DNA from: Chrysomallon squamiferum
Lineage: Eukaryota; Animalia; Mollusca
Reading direction: 5' to 3'
DNA: 64,000 nt
Assembly (NCBI GenBank): GCA_012295275.1
Contig: CM022672.1
Span: 27,714,001 to 27,778,000, forward strand
The position numbers were made by a program, and so were the translations under genes. A model generated the notes under the pieces. It saw nothing but the letters and a program-made list of their open reading frames with translations, made no database searches and was not told the DNA's origin. This document shows positions 40,052 through 55,300 of the stretch, piece after piece (positions within the stretch are counted from its first letter, which is position 1; each line of letters opens with the position of its first letter).

Positions 40052-41391
40052 TTGTTGTTATTTTTATTATTAATTTATTTTATTTGATCTTACTTATTGA
40101 ATTTCTTTTTGTAAAGCTTATATTTTTTTTTTTTATTATCCTCTTCTTATTAAAATGTGTAGGCATTTTTGTTTACCATTTAGGTGATGTGTTTCTTCTC
40201 CAGCGTTCTTTAACCTTGTTCAATGACGTCACCTGTGAATTATAAAGCAGAAAATGCATGTTTAGACAACAATATTAACAGCCTGATGACTACATTAAAA
40301 TGCATACACTCCCACCCAAATGCCGGCAAACCCCAAAAAATGAAAAACCCATTCCTGTCTTCATCTGTGTATTCTTCTCTTCATTTTCCTCCTGTCATCC
40401 TGTGAAAAAAAAGCAAAGAAATGTCAGTATTTCATTTAACTAAAAATAAAAAAGAAATACAAAATTAATTCCATCATTACTAATATTACTGTTACCATTA
40501 TCATCATAATAATCATTATTCTTATTATTATTGTCTTAGATGATGGTGAGGATGACATCATTGTTATTGTTCTTATTAACTTTATTACTGTCGTTATCAG
40601 TATTATTATTTTTGTTATTATTATTCCTACTATTATTATTATTATTATTATTATTTTTGTAGGCATTTGTTTTTGTTGCATATTTGCTTTTTGTCTGTTT
40701 CTTTTATTGTCTAAAGTTTGTTTGTATTCTTGAGTGTTTTTCTTCCTGTGGTGCTGTCTACTTGTGTGTATTGTGTACCCTGTGCTGCTGTTGTTGTTTC
40801 TTGTTGTTTGGCTCTGGTGTTGTCTGTAGTTTGTGTACTGTATGTGTTTGTGTTTGTTTGTTTGAAAATATTGTAATTTGTTTGATGTGGTATGAGTCCT
40901 CTGGTGTTTTGTTTTGAATGCTATGCTGTGCTGCATTGTGTATGTTTGTTGTTCTTCCACATTTGTGTTTTATTTCTGAACATTGTGTGTGTATCTTTGT
41001 CTCTGTTTTGTATCTACTGTGCTGTTGCTGTGTTTATTTTCTATTCAGTGATATTTTTATCAGTGTTTTGTGTGCCCTGAGCTGTTGCTGTCTGTGTTTT
41101 TTCCCTTGTCATCTATAGTGTGTGTATTGAATATGTGCTGAGGTGTGTTAGTTTTGTGTGATGTTGTGTGTTGTTTTGAATGTTTCGATGTGATATTTTG
41201 TCCTGCTTGCCCTATATCTGTAATGTATGCATTTTTATATGTTTGTTTTGATGCATGTTTGTATCTGATGTTGTCCATGTGTTAGTTTTGTGTACTCTGT
41301 GTGCTCCTCTCTGTGTTTTTTATCTCTGAATATGATGATGATGTTGATGATGTTGTTGTTGTTGTTCTTATTGTCATTGTCATTATTATTA

Positions 41392-41452
<61 letters not shown>

Positions 41453-42772
41453 TTGTTGTTATTTTTATTATTAATTTATTTTATTTGATCTTACTTATTG
41501 AATTTCTTTTTGTAAAGCTTATATTTTTTTTTTTTTATTAACCTCTTCTTATGAAAATGTGTAGGCATTTTTGTTTACCATTTAGGTGATGTGTTTCTTC
41601 TCCAGCGTTCTTTAACCTTCTTCAATGACGTCACCTGTGAATTATAAAGCAGAAAATGCATGTTTAGACAACAATATTAACAGCCTGATGACTACATTAA
41701 AATGCATACACTCCCACGCAAATGCCAGCAAACCCCAAAAATGAAAAACCCATTCCTGTCTTCATCTGTGTATTCTTCTCTTCATTTTCCTCCTGTCATC
41801 CTGTTAAAACAAAGCAAAGAAATGTCAGTATTTCATTTAACTAAAAATAAAAGAAATACAAAATTAATTCCATCATTACTAATATTACTGTTACCATTAT
41901 CATCATAATAATCATTATTCTTATTATTCTCTTAGATGATGGTGAGGATGACATCATTGTTATTGTTCTTATTAACTTTATTACTGTCGTTATCAGTACT
42001 ATTATTTTTGTTATTATTATTGCTACTATTATTATTATTATTATTATTTGTAGGCGTTTGTTTTTGTTGCATATTTGCTTTTTTGTGTTCTTTTATTGTC
42101 TAAAGTTTGTTTGTATTCTTGAGTGTTTTTCTTCCTGTGGTGCTGTCTACTTGTGTGTATTGTGTACCCTGTGCTGCTGTTGTTGTTTCTTGTTGTTTGG
42201 CTCTGGTGTTGTCTGTAGTTTGTGTACTGTATGTGTTTGTGTTTGTTTGTTTGAAAATATTGTAATTTGTTTGATGTGGTATGAGTCCTCTGGTGTTTTG
42301 TTTTGAATGCTATGCTGTGCTGCATTGTGTATGTTTGTTGTTCTTCCACATTTGTGTTTTATTTCTGAACATTGTGTGTGTATCTTTGTCTCTGTTTTGT
42401 ATCTACTGTGCTGTTGCTGTGTTTGTTTTCTATTCAGTGATATTTTTATCAGTGTTTTGTGTGCCCTGAGCTGTTGCTGTCTGTGTTTTTTCCCTTGTCA
42501 TCTATAGTGTGTGTATTGAATATGTGCTGAGGTGTGTTAGTTTTGTGTGATGTTGTGTGTTGTTTTGAATGTTTCGATGTGATATTTTGTCCTGCTTGCC
42601 CTATATCTGTAATGTATGCATTTTTATATGTTTGTTTTTGATGCATGTTTGTATCTGATGTTGTCCATGTGTTAGTTTTGTGTACTCTGTGTGCTCCTCT
42701 CTGTGTTTTTTATCTCTGAATATGATGATGATGTTGATGATATTGTTGTTGTTGTTGTTCTTATTGTCATTG

Positions 42773-42841
<69 letters not shown>

Positions 42842-44184
42842 TTGTTGTTATTTTTATTATTAATTTATTTTATTTGATCTTACTTATTGAATTTCTTTTT
42901 GTAAAGCTTATATTTTAATTTTTTTTATTAACCTCTTCTTATGAAAATGTATAGGCATTTTTGTTTACCATTTAGGTGATGTGTTTCTTCTCCAGCGTTC
43001 TTTAACCTTCTTCAATGATGTCACCTGTGAATTATAAAGCAGAAAATGCATGTTTAGACAACAATATTAACAGCCTGATGATTACATTAAAATCATACAC
43101 TCCCACCCAAATGCCGGCAAACCCCAAAAAATGAAAAACCCATTCCTGTCTTCATCTGTGTATTCTTCTCTTCATTTTCCTCCTGTCATCCTGTGAAAAC
43201 AAAGCAAAGAAATGTCAGTATTTCATTTAACTAAAAATAAAAGAAATACAAAATTAATTCCATCATTACTAATATTACTGTTACCATTATCATCATAATA
43301 ATCATTATTCTTATTATTCTCTTAGATGATGGTGAGGATGACATCATTGTTATTGTTCTTATTAACTTTATTACTGTCGTTATCAGTACTATTATTTTTG
43401 TTATTATTATTGCTACTATTATTATTATTTTTATTATTATTATTTGTAGGCGTTTGTTTTTGTTGCATATTTGCTTTTTTGTGTGTTCTTTTATTGTCTA
43501 AAGTTTGTTTGTATTCTTGAGTGTTTTTCTTCCTGTGGTGCTGTCTACTTGTGTGTATTGTGTACCGTGTGCTGCTGTTGTTGTTTCTTGTTGTTTGGCT
43601 CTGGTGTTGTCTGTAGTTTGTGTACTGTATGTGTTTGTGTTTGTTTGTTTGAAAATATTGTAATTTGTTTGATGTGGTATGAGTCCTCTGGTGTTTTGTT
43701 TTGAATGCTATGCTGTGCTGCATTGTGTATGTTTGTTGTTCTTCCACATTTGTGTTTTATTTCTGAACATTGTGTGTGTATCTTTGTCTCTGTTTTGTAT
43801 CTACTGTGCTGTTGCTGTGTTTGTTTTCTATTCAGTGATATTTTTATCAGTGTTTTGTGTGCCCTGAGCTGTTGCTGTCTGTGTTTTTTCCCTTGTCATC
43901 TATAGTGTGTGTATTGAATATGTGCTGAGGTGTGTTTTGTGTGATGTTGTGTGTTGTTTTGAATGTTTCGATGTGATATTTTGTCCTGCTTGCCCTATAT
44001 CTGTAATGTATGCATTTTTATATGTTTGTTTTTGATGCATGTTTGTATCTGATGTTGTCCATGTGTTAGTTTTGTGTACGCTGTGTGCTCCTCTCTGTGT
44101 TTTTTATCTCTGAATATGATGATGATGTTGATGATATTGTTGTTGTTGTTATTATTGTCATTGTCATTGTTATTATTATTATTA

Positions 44185-44237
<53 letters not shown>

Positions 44238-45570
44238 TTGTTGTTATTTTTATTATTAATTTATTTTATTTGATCTTACTTATTGAATTTCTTTTTGTAA
44301 AGCTTATATTTTTTTATTTTTACTAACCTCTTCTTATGAAAATGTGTAGGCATTTTTGTTTACCATTTAGGTGATGTGTTTCTTCTCCAGCGTTCTTTAA
44401 CCTTCTTCAATGACGTCACCTGTGAATTATAAAGCAGAAAATGCATGTTTAGACAACAATATTAACAGCCTGATGATTACATTAAAATCATACACTCCCA
44501 CCCAAATGCCGGCAAACCCCAAAAATGAAAAACCCATTCCTGTCTTCATCTGTGTATTCTTCTCTTCATTTTCCTCCTGTCATCCTGTGAAAACAAAGCA
44601 AAGAAATGTCAGTATTTCATTTAACTAAAAATAAAAGAAATACAAAATTAATTCCATCATTACTAATATTACTGTTACCATTATCATCATAATAATCATT
44701 ATTCTTATTATTCTCTTAGATGATGGTGAGGATGACATCATTGTTATTGTTCTTATTAACTTTATTACTGTCGTTATCAGTACTATTATTTTTGTTATTA
44801 TTATTGCTACTATTATTATTATTATTATTATTTGTAGGCGTTTGTTTTTGTTGCATATTTGCTTTTTTGTGTGTTCTTTTATTGTCTAAAGTTTGTTTGT
44901 ATTCTTGAGTGTTTTTCTTCCTGTGGTGCTGTCTACTTGTGTGTATTGTGTACCCTGTGCTGCTGTTGTTGTTTCTTGTTGTTTGGCTCTGGTGTTGTCT
45001 GTAGTTTGTGTACTGTATGTGTTTGTGTTTGTTTGTTTGAAAATATTGTAATTTGTTTGATGTGGTATGAGTCCTCTGGTGTTTTGTTTTGAATGCTATG
45101 CTGTGCTGCATTGTGTATGTTTGTTGTTCTTCCACATTTGTGTTTTATTTCTGAACATTGTGTGTGTATCTTTGTCTCTGTTTTGTATCTACTGTGCTGT
45201 TGCTGTGTTTGTTTTCTATTCAGTGATATTTTTATCAGTGTTTTGTGTGCCCTGAGCTGTTGCTGTCTGTGTTTTTTCCCTTGTCATCTATAGTGTGTGT
45301 ATTGAATATGTGCTGAGGTGTGTTAGTTTTGTGTGATGTTGTGTGTTGTTTTTGAATGTTTCGATGTGATATTTTGTCCTGCTTGCCCTATATCTGTAAT
45401 GTATGCATTTTTATATGTTTGTTTTTGATGCATGTTTGTATCTGATGTTGTCCATGTGTTAGTTTTGTGTACGCTGTGTGCTCCTCTCTGTGTTTTTTAT
45501 CTCTGAATATGATGATGATGTTGATGATGTTGTTGTTGTTGTTCTTATTGTCATTGTGATTATTATTATT

Positions 45571-45616
<46 letters not shown>

Positions 45617-46958
45617 ATTTTTTGTTATTTTTTTTATTATTAATTTATTTTATTTGATTTTACTTATTGAATTTCTTTTTGTAAAGCTTATATTTTTTTA
45701 TTTTTTTTATTAACCTCTTCTTATGAAAATGTGTAGGCATTTTTGTTTACCATTTAGGTGATGTGTTTCTTCTCCAGCGTTCTTTAACCTTCTTCAATGA
45801 CGTCACCTGTGAATTATAAAGCAGAAAATGCATGTTTAGACAACAATATTAACAGCCTGATGACTACATTAAAATGCATACACTCCCACGCAAATGCCAG
45901 CAAACCCCAAAAATGAAAAACCCATTCCTGTCTTCATCTGTGTATTCTTCTCTTCATTTTCCTCCTGTCATCCTGTTAAAACAAAGCAAAGAAATGTCAG
46001 TATTTCATTTAACTAAAAATAAAAGAAATACAAAATTAATTCCATCATTACTAATATTACTGTTACCATTATCATCATAATAATCATTATTCTTATTATT
46101 CTCTTAGATGATGGTGAGGATGACATCATTGTTATTGTTCTTATTAACTTTATTACTGTCGTTATCAGTACTATTATTTTTGTTATTATTATTGCTACTA
46201 TTATTATTATTATTATTATTTGTAGGCGTTTGTTTTTGTTGCATATTTGCTTTTTTGTGTGTTCTTTTATTGTCTAAAGTTTGTTTGTATTCTTGAGTGT
46301 TTTTCTTCCTGTGGTGCTGTCTACTTGTGTGTATTGTGTACCCTGTGCTGCTGTTGTTGTTTCTTGTTGTTTGGCTCTGGTGTTGTCTGTAGTTTGTGTA
46401 CTGTATGTGTTTGTGTTTGTTTGTTTGAAAATATTGTAATTTGTTTGATGTGGTATGAGTCCTCTGGTGTTTTGTTTTGAATGCTATGCTGTGCTGCATT
46501 GTGTATGTTTGTTGTTCTTCCACATTTGTGTTTTATTTCTGAACATTGTGTGTGTATCTTTGTCTCTGTTTTGTATCTACTGTGCTGTTGCTGTGTTTTG
46601 TTTTCTATTCAGTGATATTTTTTATCAGTGTTTTGTGTGCCCTGAGCTGTTGCTGTCTGTGTTTTTTTTTCCTTGTCATCTATAGTGTGTGTATTGAATA
46701 TGTGCTGAGGGTGTGTAGTTTTGTGTGATGTTGTGTGTTGTTTTTTGAATGTTTCGATGTGATATTTTGTCCTGCTTGCCCTATATCTGTAATGTATTCA
46801 TTTTTATATGTTTGTTTTTGATGCATGTTTGTATCTGATGTTGTCCATGTGTTAGTTTTGTGTACCCTGTGTGCTCCTCTCTGTGTTTTTTATCTCTGAA
46901 TATGATGATGATGTTGATGATATTGTTGTTGTTGTTCTTATTGTCATTGTCATTATTA

Positions 46959-47014
<56 letters not shown>

Positions 47015-48347
47015 TTGTTGTTATTGTTATTATTACTTTATTTTATTTGATCTTACTTATTGAATTTCTTTTTGTAAAGCTTATATTTTTTTTTTTTTTT
47101 TATAACCTCTTCTTATGAAAATGTGTAGGCATTTTTGTTTACCATTTAGGTGATGTGTTTCTTCTCCAGCGTTCTTTAACCTTCTTCAATGACGTCACCT
47201 GTGAATTATAAAGCAGAAAATGCATGTTTAGACAACAATATTAACAGCCTGATGATTACATTAAAATGCATACACTCCCACCCAAATGCCGGCAAACCCC
47301 AAAAATGAAAAACCCATTCCTGTCTTCATCTGTGTATTCTTCTCTTCATTTTCCTCCTGTCATCCTGTGAAAACAAAGCAAAGAAATGTCAGTATTTCAT
47401 TTAACTAAAAATAAAAGAAATACAAAATTAATTCCATCATTACTAATATTACTGTTACCAATATATCATCATAATAATCATTATTCTTATTATTCTCTTA
47501 GATGATGGTGAGGATGACATCATTGTTATTGTTCTTATTAACTTTATTACTGTCGTTATCAGTACTATTATTTTTGTTATTATTATTGCTACTATTATTA
47601 TTATTATTATTATTTTATTTGTAGGCGTTTGTTTTTGTTGCATATTTGCTTTTTTGTGTGTTCTTTTATTGTCTAAAGTTTGTTTGTATTCTTGAGTGTT
47701 TTTCTTCCTGTGGTGCTGTCTACTTGTGTGTATTGTGTACCGTGTGCTGCTGTTGTTGTTTTTCTTGTTGTTTGGCTCTGGTGTTGTCTGTAGTTTGTGT
47801 ACTGTATGTGTTTGTGTTTGTTTGTTTGAAAATATTGTAATTTGTTTGATGTGGTATGAGTCCTCTGGTGTTTTGTTTTGAATGCTATGCTGTGCTGCAT
47901 TGTGTATGTTTGTTGTTCTTCCACATTTGTGTTTTATTTCTGAACATTGTGTGTGTATCTTTGTCTCTGTTTTGTATCTACTGTGCTGTTGCTGTGTTTG
48001 TTTTTATTCAGTGATATTTTTATCAGTGTTTTGTGTGCCCTGAGCTGTTGCTGTCTGTGTTTTTTTTCCTTGTCATCTATAGTGTGTGTATTGAATATGT
48101 GCTGAGGTGTGTTAGTTTTGTGTGATGTTGTGTGTTGTTTTGAATGTTTCGATGTGATATTTTGTCCTGCTTGCCCTATATCTGTAATGTATGCATTTTT
48201 ATATGTTTGTTTTTGATGCATGTTTGTATCTGATGTTGTCCATGTGTTAGTTTTGTGTACCCTGTGTGCTCCTCTCTCTGTTTTTTATCTCTGAGTATGA
48301 TGATGATGTTGATGATATTGTTGTTGTTGTCGTTCTTATTGTCATTG

Positions 48348-48416
<69 letters not shown>

Positions 48417-49756
48417 TTGTTGTTATTTTTATTATTAATTTATTTTATTTGATCTTACTTATTGAATTTCTTTTTGTAAAGCTTATATTTTTTTTTTTTT
48501 TTATTAACCTCTTCTTATGAAAATGTGTAGGCATTTTTGTTTACCATTTAGGTGATGTGTTTCTTCTCCAGCGTTCTTTAACCTTCTTCTTCAATGATGT
48601 CACCTGTGAATTATAAAGCAGAAAATGCATGTTTAGACAACAATATTAACAGCCTGATGATTACATTAAAATGCATACACTCCCACCCAAATGCCGGCAA
48701 ACCCCAAAAATGAAAAACCCATTCCTGTCTTCATCTGTGTATTCTTCTCTTCATTTTCCTCCTGTCATCCTGTGAAAACAAAGCAAAGAAATGTCAGTAT
48801 TTCATTTAACTAAAAATAAAAAGAAATACAAAATTAATTCCATCATTACTAATATTACTGTTACCATTATCATCATAATAATCATTATTCTTATTATTCT
48901 CTTAGATGATGGTGAGGATGACATCATTGTTATTGTTCTTATTAACTTTATTACTGTCGTTATCAGTACTATTATTTTTGTTATTATTATTGCTACTATT
49001 ATTATTATTATTATTATTTGTAGGCGTTTGTTTTTGTTGCATATTTGCTTTTTTGTGTGTTCTTTTATTGTCTAAAGTTTGTTTGTATTCTTGAGTGTTT
49101 TTCTTCCTGTGGTGCTGTCTACTTGTGTGTATTGTGTACCCTGTGCTGCTGTTGTTGTTTCTTGTTGTTTGGCTCTGGTGTTGTCTGTAGTTTGTGTACT
49201 GTATGTGTTTGTGTTTGTTTGTTTGAAAATATTGTAATTTGTTTGATGTGGTATGAGTCCTCTGGTGTTTTGTTTTGAATGCTATGCTGTGCTGCATTGT
49301 GTATGTTTGTTGTTCTTCCACATTTGTGTTTTATTTCTGAACATTGTGTGTGTATCTTTGTCTCTGTTTTGTATCTACTGTGCTGTTGCTGTGTTTGTTT
49401 TCTATTCAGTGATATTTTTATCAGTGTTTTGTGTGCCCTGAGCTGTTGCTGTCTGTGTTTTTTCCCTTGTCATCTATAGTGTGTGTATTGAATATGTGCT
49501 GAGGTGTGTTAGTTTTGTGTGATGTTGTGTGTTGTTTTGAATGTTTCGATGTGATATTTTGTCCTGCTTGCCCTATATCTGTAATGTATGCATTTTTATA
49601 TGTTTGTTTTTTTGATGCATGTTTGTATCTGATGTTGTCCATGTGTTAGTTTTGTGTACTCTGTGCTCCTCTCTGTGTTTTTTATCTCTGAATATGATGA
49701 TGATGTTGATGATATTGTTTGTGTTGTTATTATTGTCATTGTCATTATTATTATTA

Positions 49757-49814
<58 letters not shown>

Positions 49815-51121
49815 TTGTTGTTATTTTTATTATTAATTTATTTTATTTGATCTTACTTATTGAATTTCTTTTTGTAAAGCTTATATTTTTTTTTTTTTTT
49901 TATTAACCTCTTCTTATGAAAATGTGTAGGCATTTTTGTTTACCATTTAGGTGATGTGTTTCTTCTCCAGCGTTCTTTAACCTTCTTCAATGACGTCACC
50001 TGTGAATTATAAAGCAGAAAATGCATGTTTAGACAACAATATTAACAGCCTGATGATTACATTAAAATGCATACACTCCCACCCAAATGCCGGCAAACCC
50101 CAAAAATGAAAAACCCATTCCTGTCTTCATCTGTGTATTCTTCTCTTCATTTTCCTCCTGTCATCCTGTGAAAACAAAGCAAAGAAATGTCAGTATTTCA
50201 TTTAACTAAAAATAAAAGAAATACAAAATTAATTCCATCATTACTAATATTACTGTTATTATTATCATCATAATAATCATTATTCTTATTATTCTCTTAG
50301 ATGATGGTGAGGATGACATCATTGTTATTGTTCTTATTAACTTTATTACTGTCGTTATCAGTACTATTATTTTTGTTATTATTATTCCTACTATTATTAT
50401 TATTATTTGTAGGCGTTTGTTTTTGTTGCATATTTGCTTTTTTGTGTGTTCTTTTATTGTCTAAAGTTTGTTTGTATTCTTGAGTGTTTTTCTTCCTGTG
50501 GTGCTGTCTACTTGTGTGTATTGTGTACCCTGTGCTGCTGTTGTTGTTTCTTGTTGTTTTTTTGCTCTGGTGTTGTCTGTAGTTTGTGTACTGTATGTGT
50601 TTGTGTTTGTTTGTTTGAAAATATTGTAATTTGTTTGATGTGGTATGAGTCCTCTGGTGTTTTGTTTTGAATGCTATGCTGTGCTGCATTGTGTATGTTT
50701 GTTGTTCTTCCACATTTGTGTTTTATTTCTGAACATTGTGTGTGTATCTTTGTCTCTGTTTTGTATCTACTGTGCTGTTGCTGTGTTTGTTTTTTATTCA
50801 GTGATATTTTTATCAGTGTTTTGTGTGCCCTGAGCTGTTGCTGTCTGTGTTTTTTCCCTTGTCATCTATAGTGTGTGTTAGTTTTTGTGATGTTGTGTGT
50901 TGTTTTGAATGTTTCGATGTGATATTTTGTCCTGCTTGCCCTATATCTGTAATGTATGCATTTTTATATGTTTGCTTTTGATGCATGTTTGTATCTGATG
51001 TTGTCCATGTGTTAGTTTTGTGTACTTTGTGTCCTCCTCTCTGTGTTTTTTATCTCTGAATATGATGATGATGTTGATGATATTGTTGTTGTTGTTCTTA
51101 TTGTCATTGTTATTATTATTA

Positions 51122-51176
<55 letters not shown>

Positions 51177-52501
51177 TTGTTGTTATTGTTATTATTACTT
51201 TATTTTATTTGATCTTACTTATTGAATTTGTTTTTGTAAAGCTAATATTTTTTTTTTTTTTATTAACCTCTTCTTATGAAAATGTATAGGCATTTTTGTT
51301 TACCATTTAGGTGATGTGTTTCTTCTCCAGCGTTCTTTAACCTTCTTCAATGACGTCACCTGTGAATTATAAAGCAGAAAATGCATGTTTAGACAACAAT
51401 ATTAACAGTCTGATGACTACATTAAAATGCATACACTCCCACCCAAATGCCGGCAACCCCCAAAAATGAAAAACCCATTCCTGTCTTCATCTGTGTATTC
51501 TTCTCTTCATTTTCCTCCTGTCATCCTGTGAAAACAAAGCAAAGAAATGTCAGTATTTCATTTAACTAAAAATAAAAGAAATACAAAATTAATTCCATCA
51601 TTACTAATATTACTGTTATTAATATCATCATAATAATCATTATTCTTATTATTCTCTTAGATGATGGTGAGGATGACATCATTGTTATTGTTCTTATTAA
51701 CTTTATTACTGTCGTTATCAGTACTATTATTTTTGTTATGATTATTGCTACTATTATTATTATTATTATTTGTAGGCATTTGTTTTTGTTGCATATTTGC
51801 TTTTTTGTGTGTTCTTTTATTGTCTAAAGTTTGTTTGTATTCTTGAGTGTTTTTCTTCCTGTGGTGCTGTCTACTTGTGTGTATTGTGTACCATGTGCTG
51901 CTGTTGTTGTTTCTTGTTGTTTGGCTCTGGTGTTGTCTGTAGTTTGTGTACTGTATGTGTTTGTGTTTGTTTGAAAATATTGTAATTTGTTTGACGTGGT
52001 ATGAGTCCTCTGGTGTTTTGTTTTGAATGCTATGCTGTGCTGCATTGTGTATGTTTGTTGTTCTTCCACATTTGTGTTTTATTTCTGAACATTGTGTGTG
52101 TATCTTTGTCTCTGTTTTGTATCTACTGTGCTGTTGCTGTGTTTGTTTTCTATTCAGTGATATTTTGATCAGTGTTTTGTGTGCCCTGAGCTGTTGCTGT
52201 CTGTGTTTTTTCCCTTGTCATCTATAGTGTGTGTATTGAATATGTGCTGAGGTGTGTTAGTTTTGTGTGATGTTGTGTGTTGTTTTGAATGTTTCGATGT
52301 GATATTTTGTCCTGCTTGCCCTATATCTGTAATGTATGCATTTTTATATGTTTGTTTTTGATGCATGTTTGTATCTGATGTTGTCCATGAGCTAGTTTTG
52401 TGTACCCTGTGTGCTCCTCTCTGTGTTTTTTATCTCTGAGTATGATGATGATGTTGATGGTATTGTTGTTGTTGTTCTTATTGTCATTGTCATTATTATT
52501 A

Positions 52502-52552
<51 letters not shown>

Positions 52553-53888
52553 TTGTTGTTATTTTTATTATTAATTTATTTTATTTGATCTTACTTACTG
52601 AATTTCTTTTTGTAAAGCTTATATATATTTTTTTTTTATTATCCTCTTCTTATGAAAATGTGTAGGCATTTTTGTTTACCATTTAGGTGATGTGTTTCTT
52701 CTCTAGCGTTCTTTAACCTTGTTCAATGACGTCACCTGTGAATTATAAAGCAGAAAATGCATGTTTAGACCACAATATTAACAGCCTGATGATTACATTA
52801 AAATGCATACACTCCCACCCAAATGCCGGCAAACCCCAAAAATGAAAAACCCATTCCTGTCTTCATCTGTGTATTCTTCTCTTCATTGTCCTCCTGTCAT
52901 CCTGTGAAAACAAAGCAAAGAAATGTCAGTATTTCATTTAACTAAAAATAAAAGAAATACAAAATTAATTCCATCATTACTAATATTACTGTTACCATTA
53001 TCATCATCATAATCATTATTCTTATTATTCTCTTAGATGATGGTGAGGATGACATCATTGTTATTGTTCTTATTAACTTTATTACTGTCGTTATCAGTAC
53101 TATTATTTTTGTTATTATTATTCCTACTATTATTATTATTATTATTATTATTATTTGTAGGCGTTTGTTTTTGTTGCATATTTGCTTTTTTGTGTGTTCT
53201 TTTATTGTCTAAAGTTTGTTTGTATTCTTGAGTGTTTTTCTTCCTGTGGTGCTGTCTACTTGTGTGTATTGTGTACCGTGTGCTGCTGTTGTTGTTTCTT
53301 GTTGTTTGGCTCTGGTGTTGTCTGTAGTTTGTGTACTGTATGTGTTTGTGTTTGTTTGTTTGAAAATATTGTAATTTGTTTGATGTGGTATGAGTCCTCT
53401 GGTGTTTTGTTTTGAATGCTATGCTGTGCTGCATTGTGTATGTTTGTTGTTCTTCCACATTTGTGTTTTATTTCTGAACATTGTGTGTGTATCTTTGTCT
53501 CTGTTTTGTATCTACTGTGCTGTTGCTGTGTTTGTTTTCTATTCAGTGATATTTTTATCAGTGTTTTGTGTGCCCTGAGCTGTTGCTGTCTGTGTTTTTT
53601 CCCTTGTCATCTATAGTGTGTGTATTGAATATGTGCTGAGGTGTGTTAGTTTTGTGTGATGTTGTGTGTTGTTTTGAATGTTTCGATGTGATATTTTGTC
53701 CTGCTTGCCCTATATCTGTAATGTATGCATTTTTATATGTTTGCTTTTGATGCATGTTTGTATCTGATGTTGTCCATGTGTTAGTTTTGTGTACTCTGTG
53801 CTCCTCTCTGTGTTTTTTATCTCTGAATATGATGATGATGTTGATGATATTGTTTGTGTTGTTATTATTGTCATTGTCATTATTATTA

Positions 53889-53945
<57 letters not shown>

Positions 53946-55255
53946 TTTGTTGTTATTTTTATTATTAATTTATTTTATTTGATCTTACTTATTGAATTTC
54001 TTTTTGTAAAGCTTATATATTTTTTTTTTTATTAACCTCTTCTTATGAAAATGTGTAGGCATTTTTGTTTACCATTTAGGTGATGTGTTTCTTCTCCAGC
54101 GTTCTTTAACCTTCTTCAATGACGTCACCTGTGAATTATAAAGCAGAAAATGCATGTTTAGACAACAATATTAACAGCCTGATGATTACATTAAAATGCA
54201 TACACTCCCACCCAAATGCCGGCAAACCCCAAAAATGAAAAACCCATTCCTGTCTTCATCTGTGTATTCTTCTCTTCATTATCCTCGTGTCATCCTGTGA
54301 AAACAAAGCAAAGAAATGTCAGTATTTCATTTAACTAAAAATAAAAGAAATACAAAATTAATTCCATCATTACTAATATTACTGTTATTATTATCATCAT
54401 AATAATCATTATTCTTATTATTCTCTTAGATGATGGTAAGGATGACATCATTGTTATTGTTCTTATTAACTTTATTACTGTCGTTATCAGTACTATTATT
54501 TTTGTTATTATTATTCCTACTATTAGTATTATTATTATTATTATTATTTGTAGGCATTTGTTTTTGTTGCATATTTGCTTTTTTGTGTTCTTTTATTGTC
54601 TAAAGTTTGTTTGTATTCTTGAGTGTTTTTCTTCCTGTGGTGCTGTCTACTTGTGTGTATTGTGTACCGTGTGCTGCTGTTGTTGTTTCTTGTTGTTTGG
54701 CTCTGGTGTTGTCTGTAGTTTGTGTACTGTATGTGTTTGTGTTTGTTTGTTTGAAAATATTGTAATTTGTTTGATGTGGTATGAGTCCTCTGGTGTTTTG
54801 TTTTGAATGCTATGCTGTGCTGCATTGTGTATGTTTGTTGTTCTTCCACATTTGTGTTTTATTTCTGAACATTGTGTGTGTATCTTTGTCTCTGTTTTGT
54901 ATCTACTGTGCTGTTGCTGTGTTTGTTTTTTATTCAGTGATATTTTTATCAGTGTTTTGTGTGCCCTTAGCTGTTGCTGTCTGTGTTTTTTCCCTTGTCA
55001 TCTATAGTGTGTGTTAGTTTTGTGTGATGTTGTGTGTTGTTTTGAATGTTTCGATGTGATATTTTGTCCTGCTTGCCCTATATCTGTAATGTATGCATTT
55101 TTATATGTTTGCTTTTGATGCATGTTTGTATCTGATGTTGTCCATGTGTTAGTTTTGTGTACTCTGTGTGCTCCTCTCTGTGTTTTTTATCTCTGAATAT
55201 GATGATGATGTTGATGATATTGTTGTTGTTGTTCTTATTGTCATTGTTATTATTA

Positions 55256-55300
<45 letters not shown>

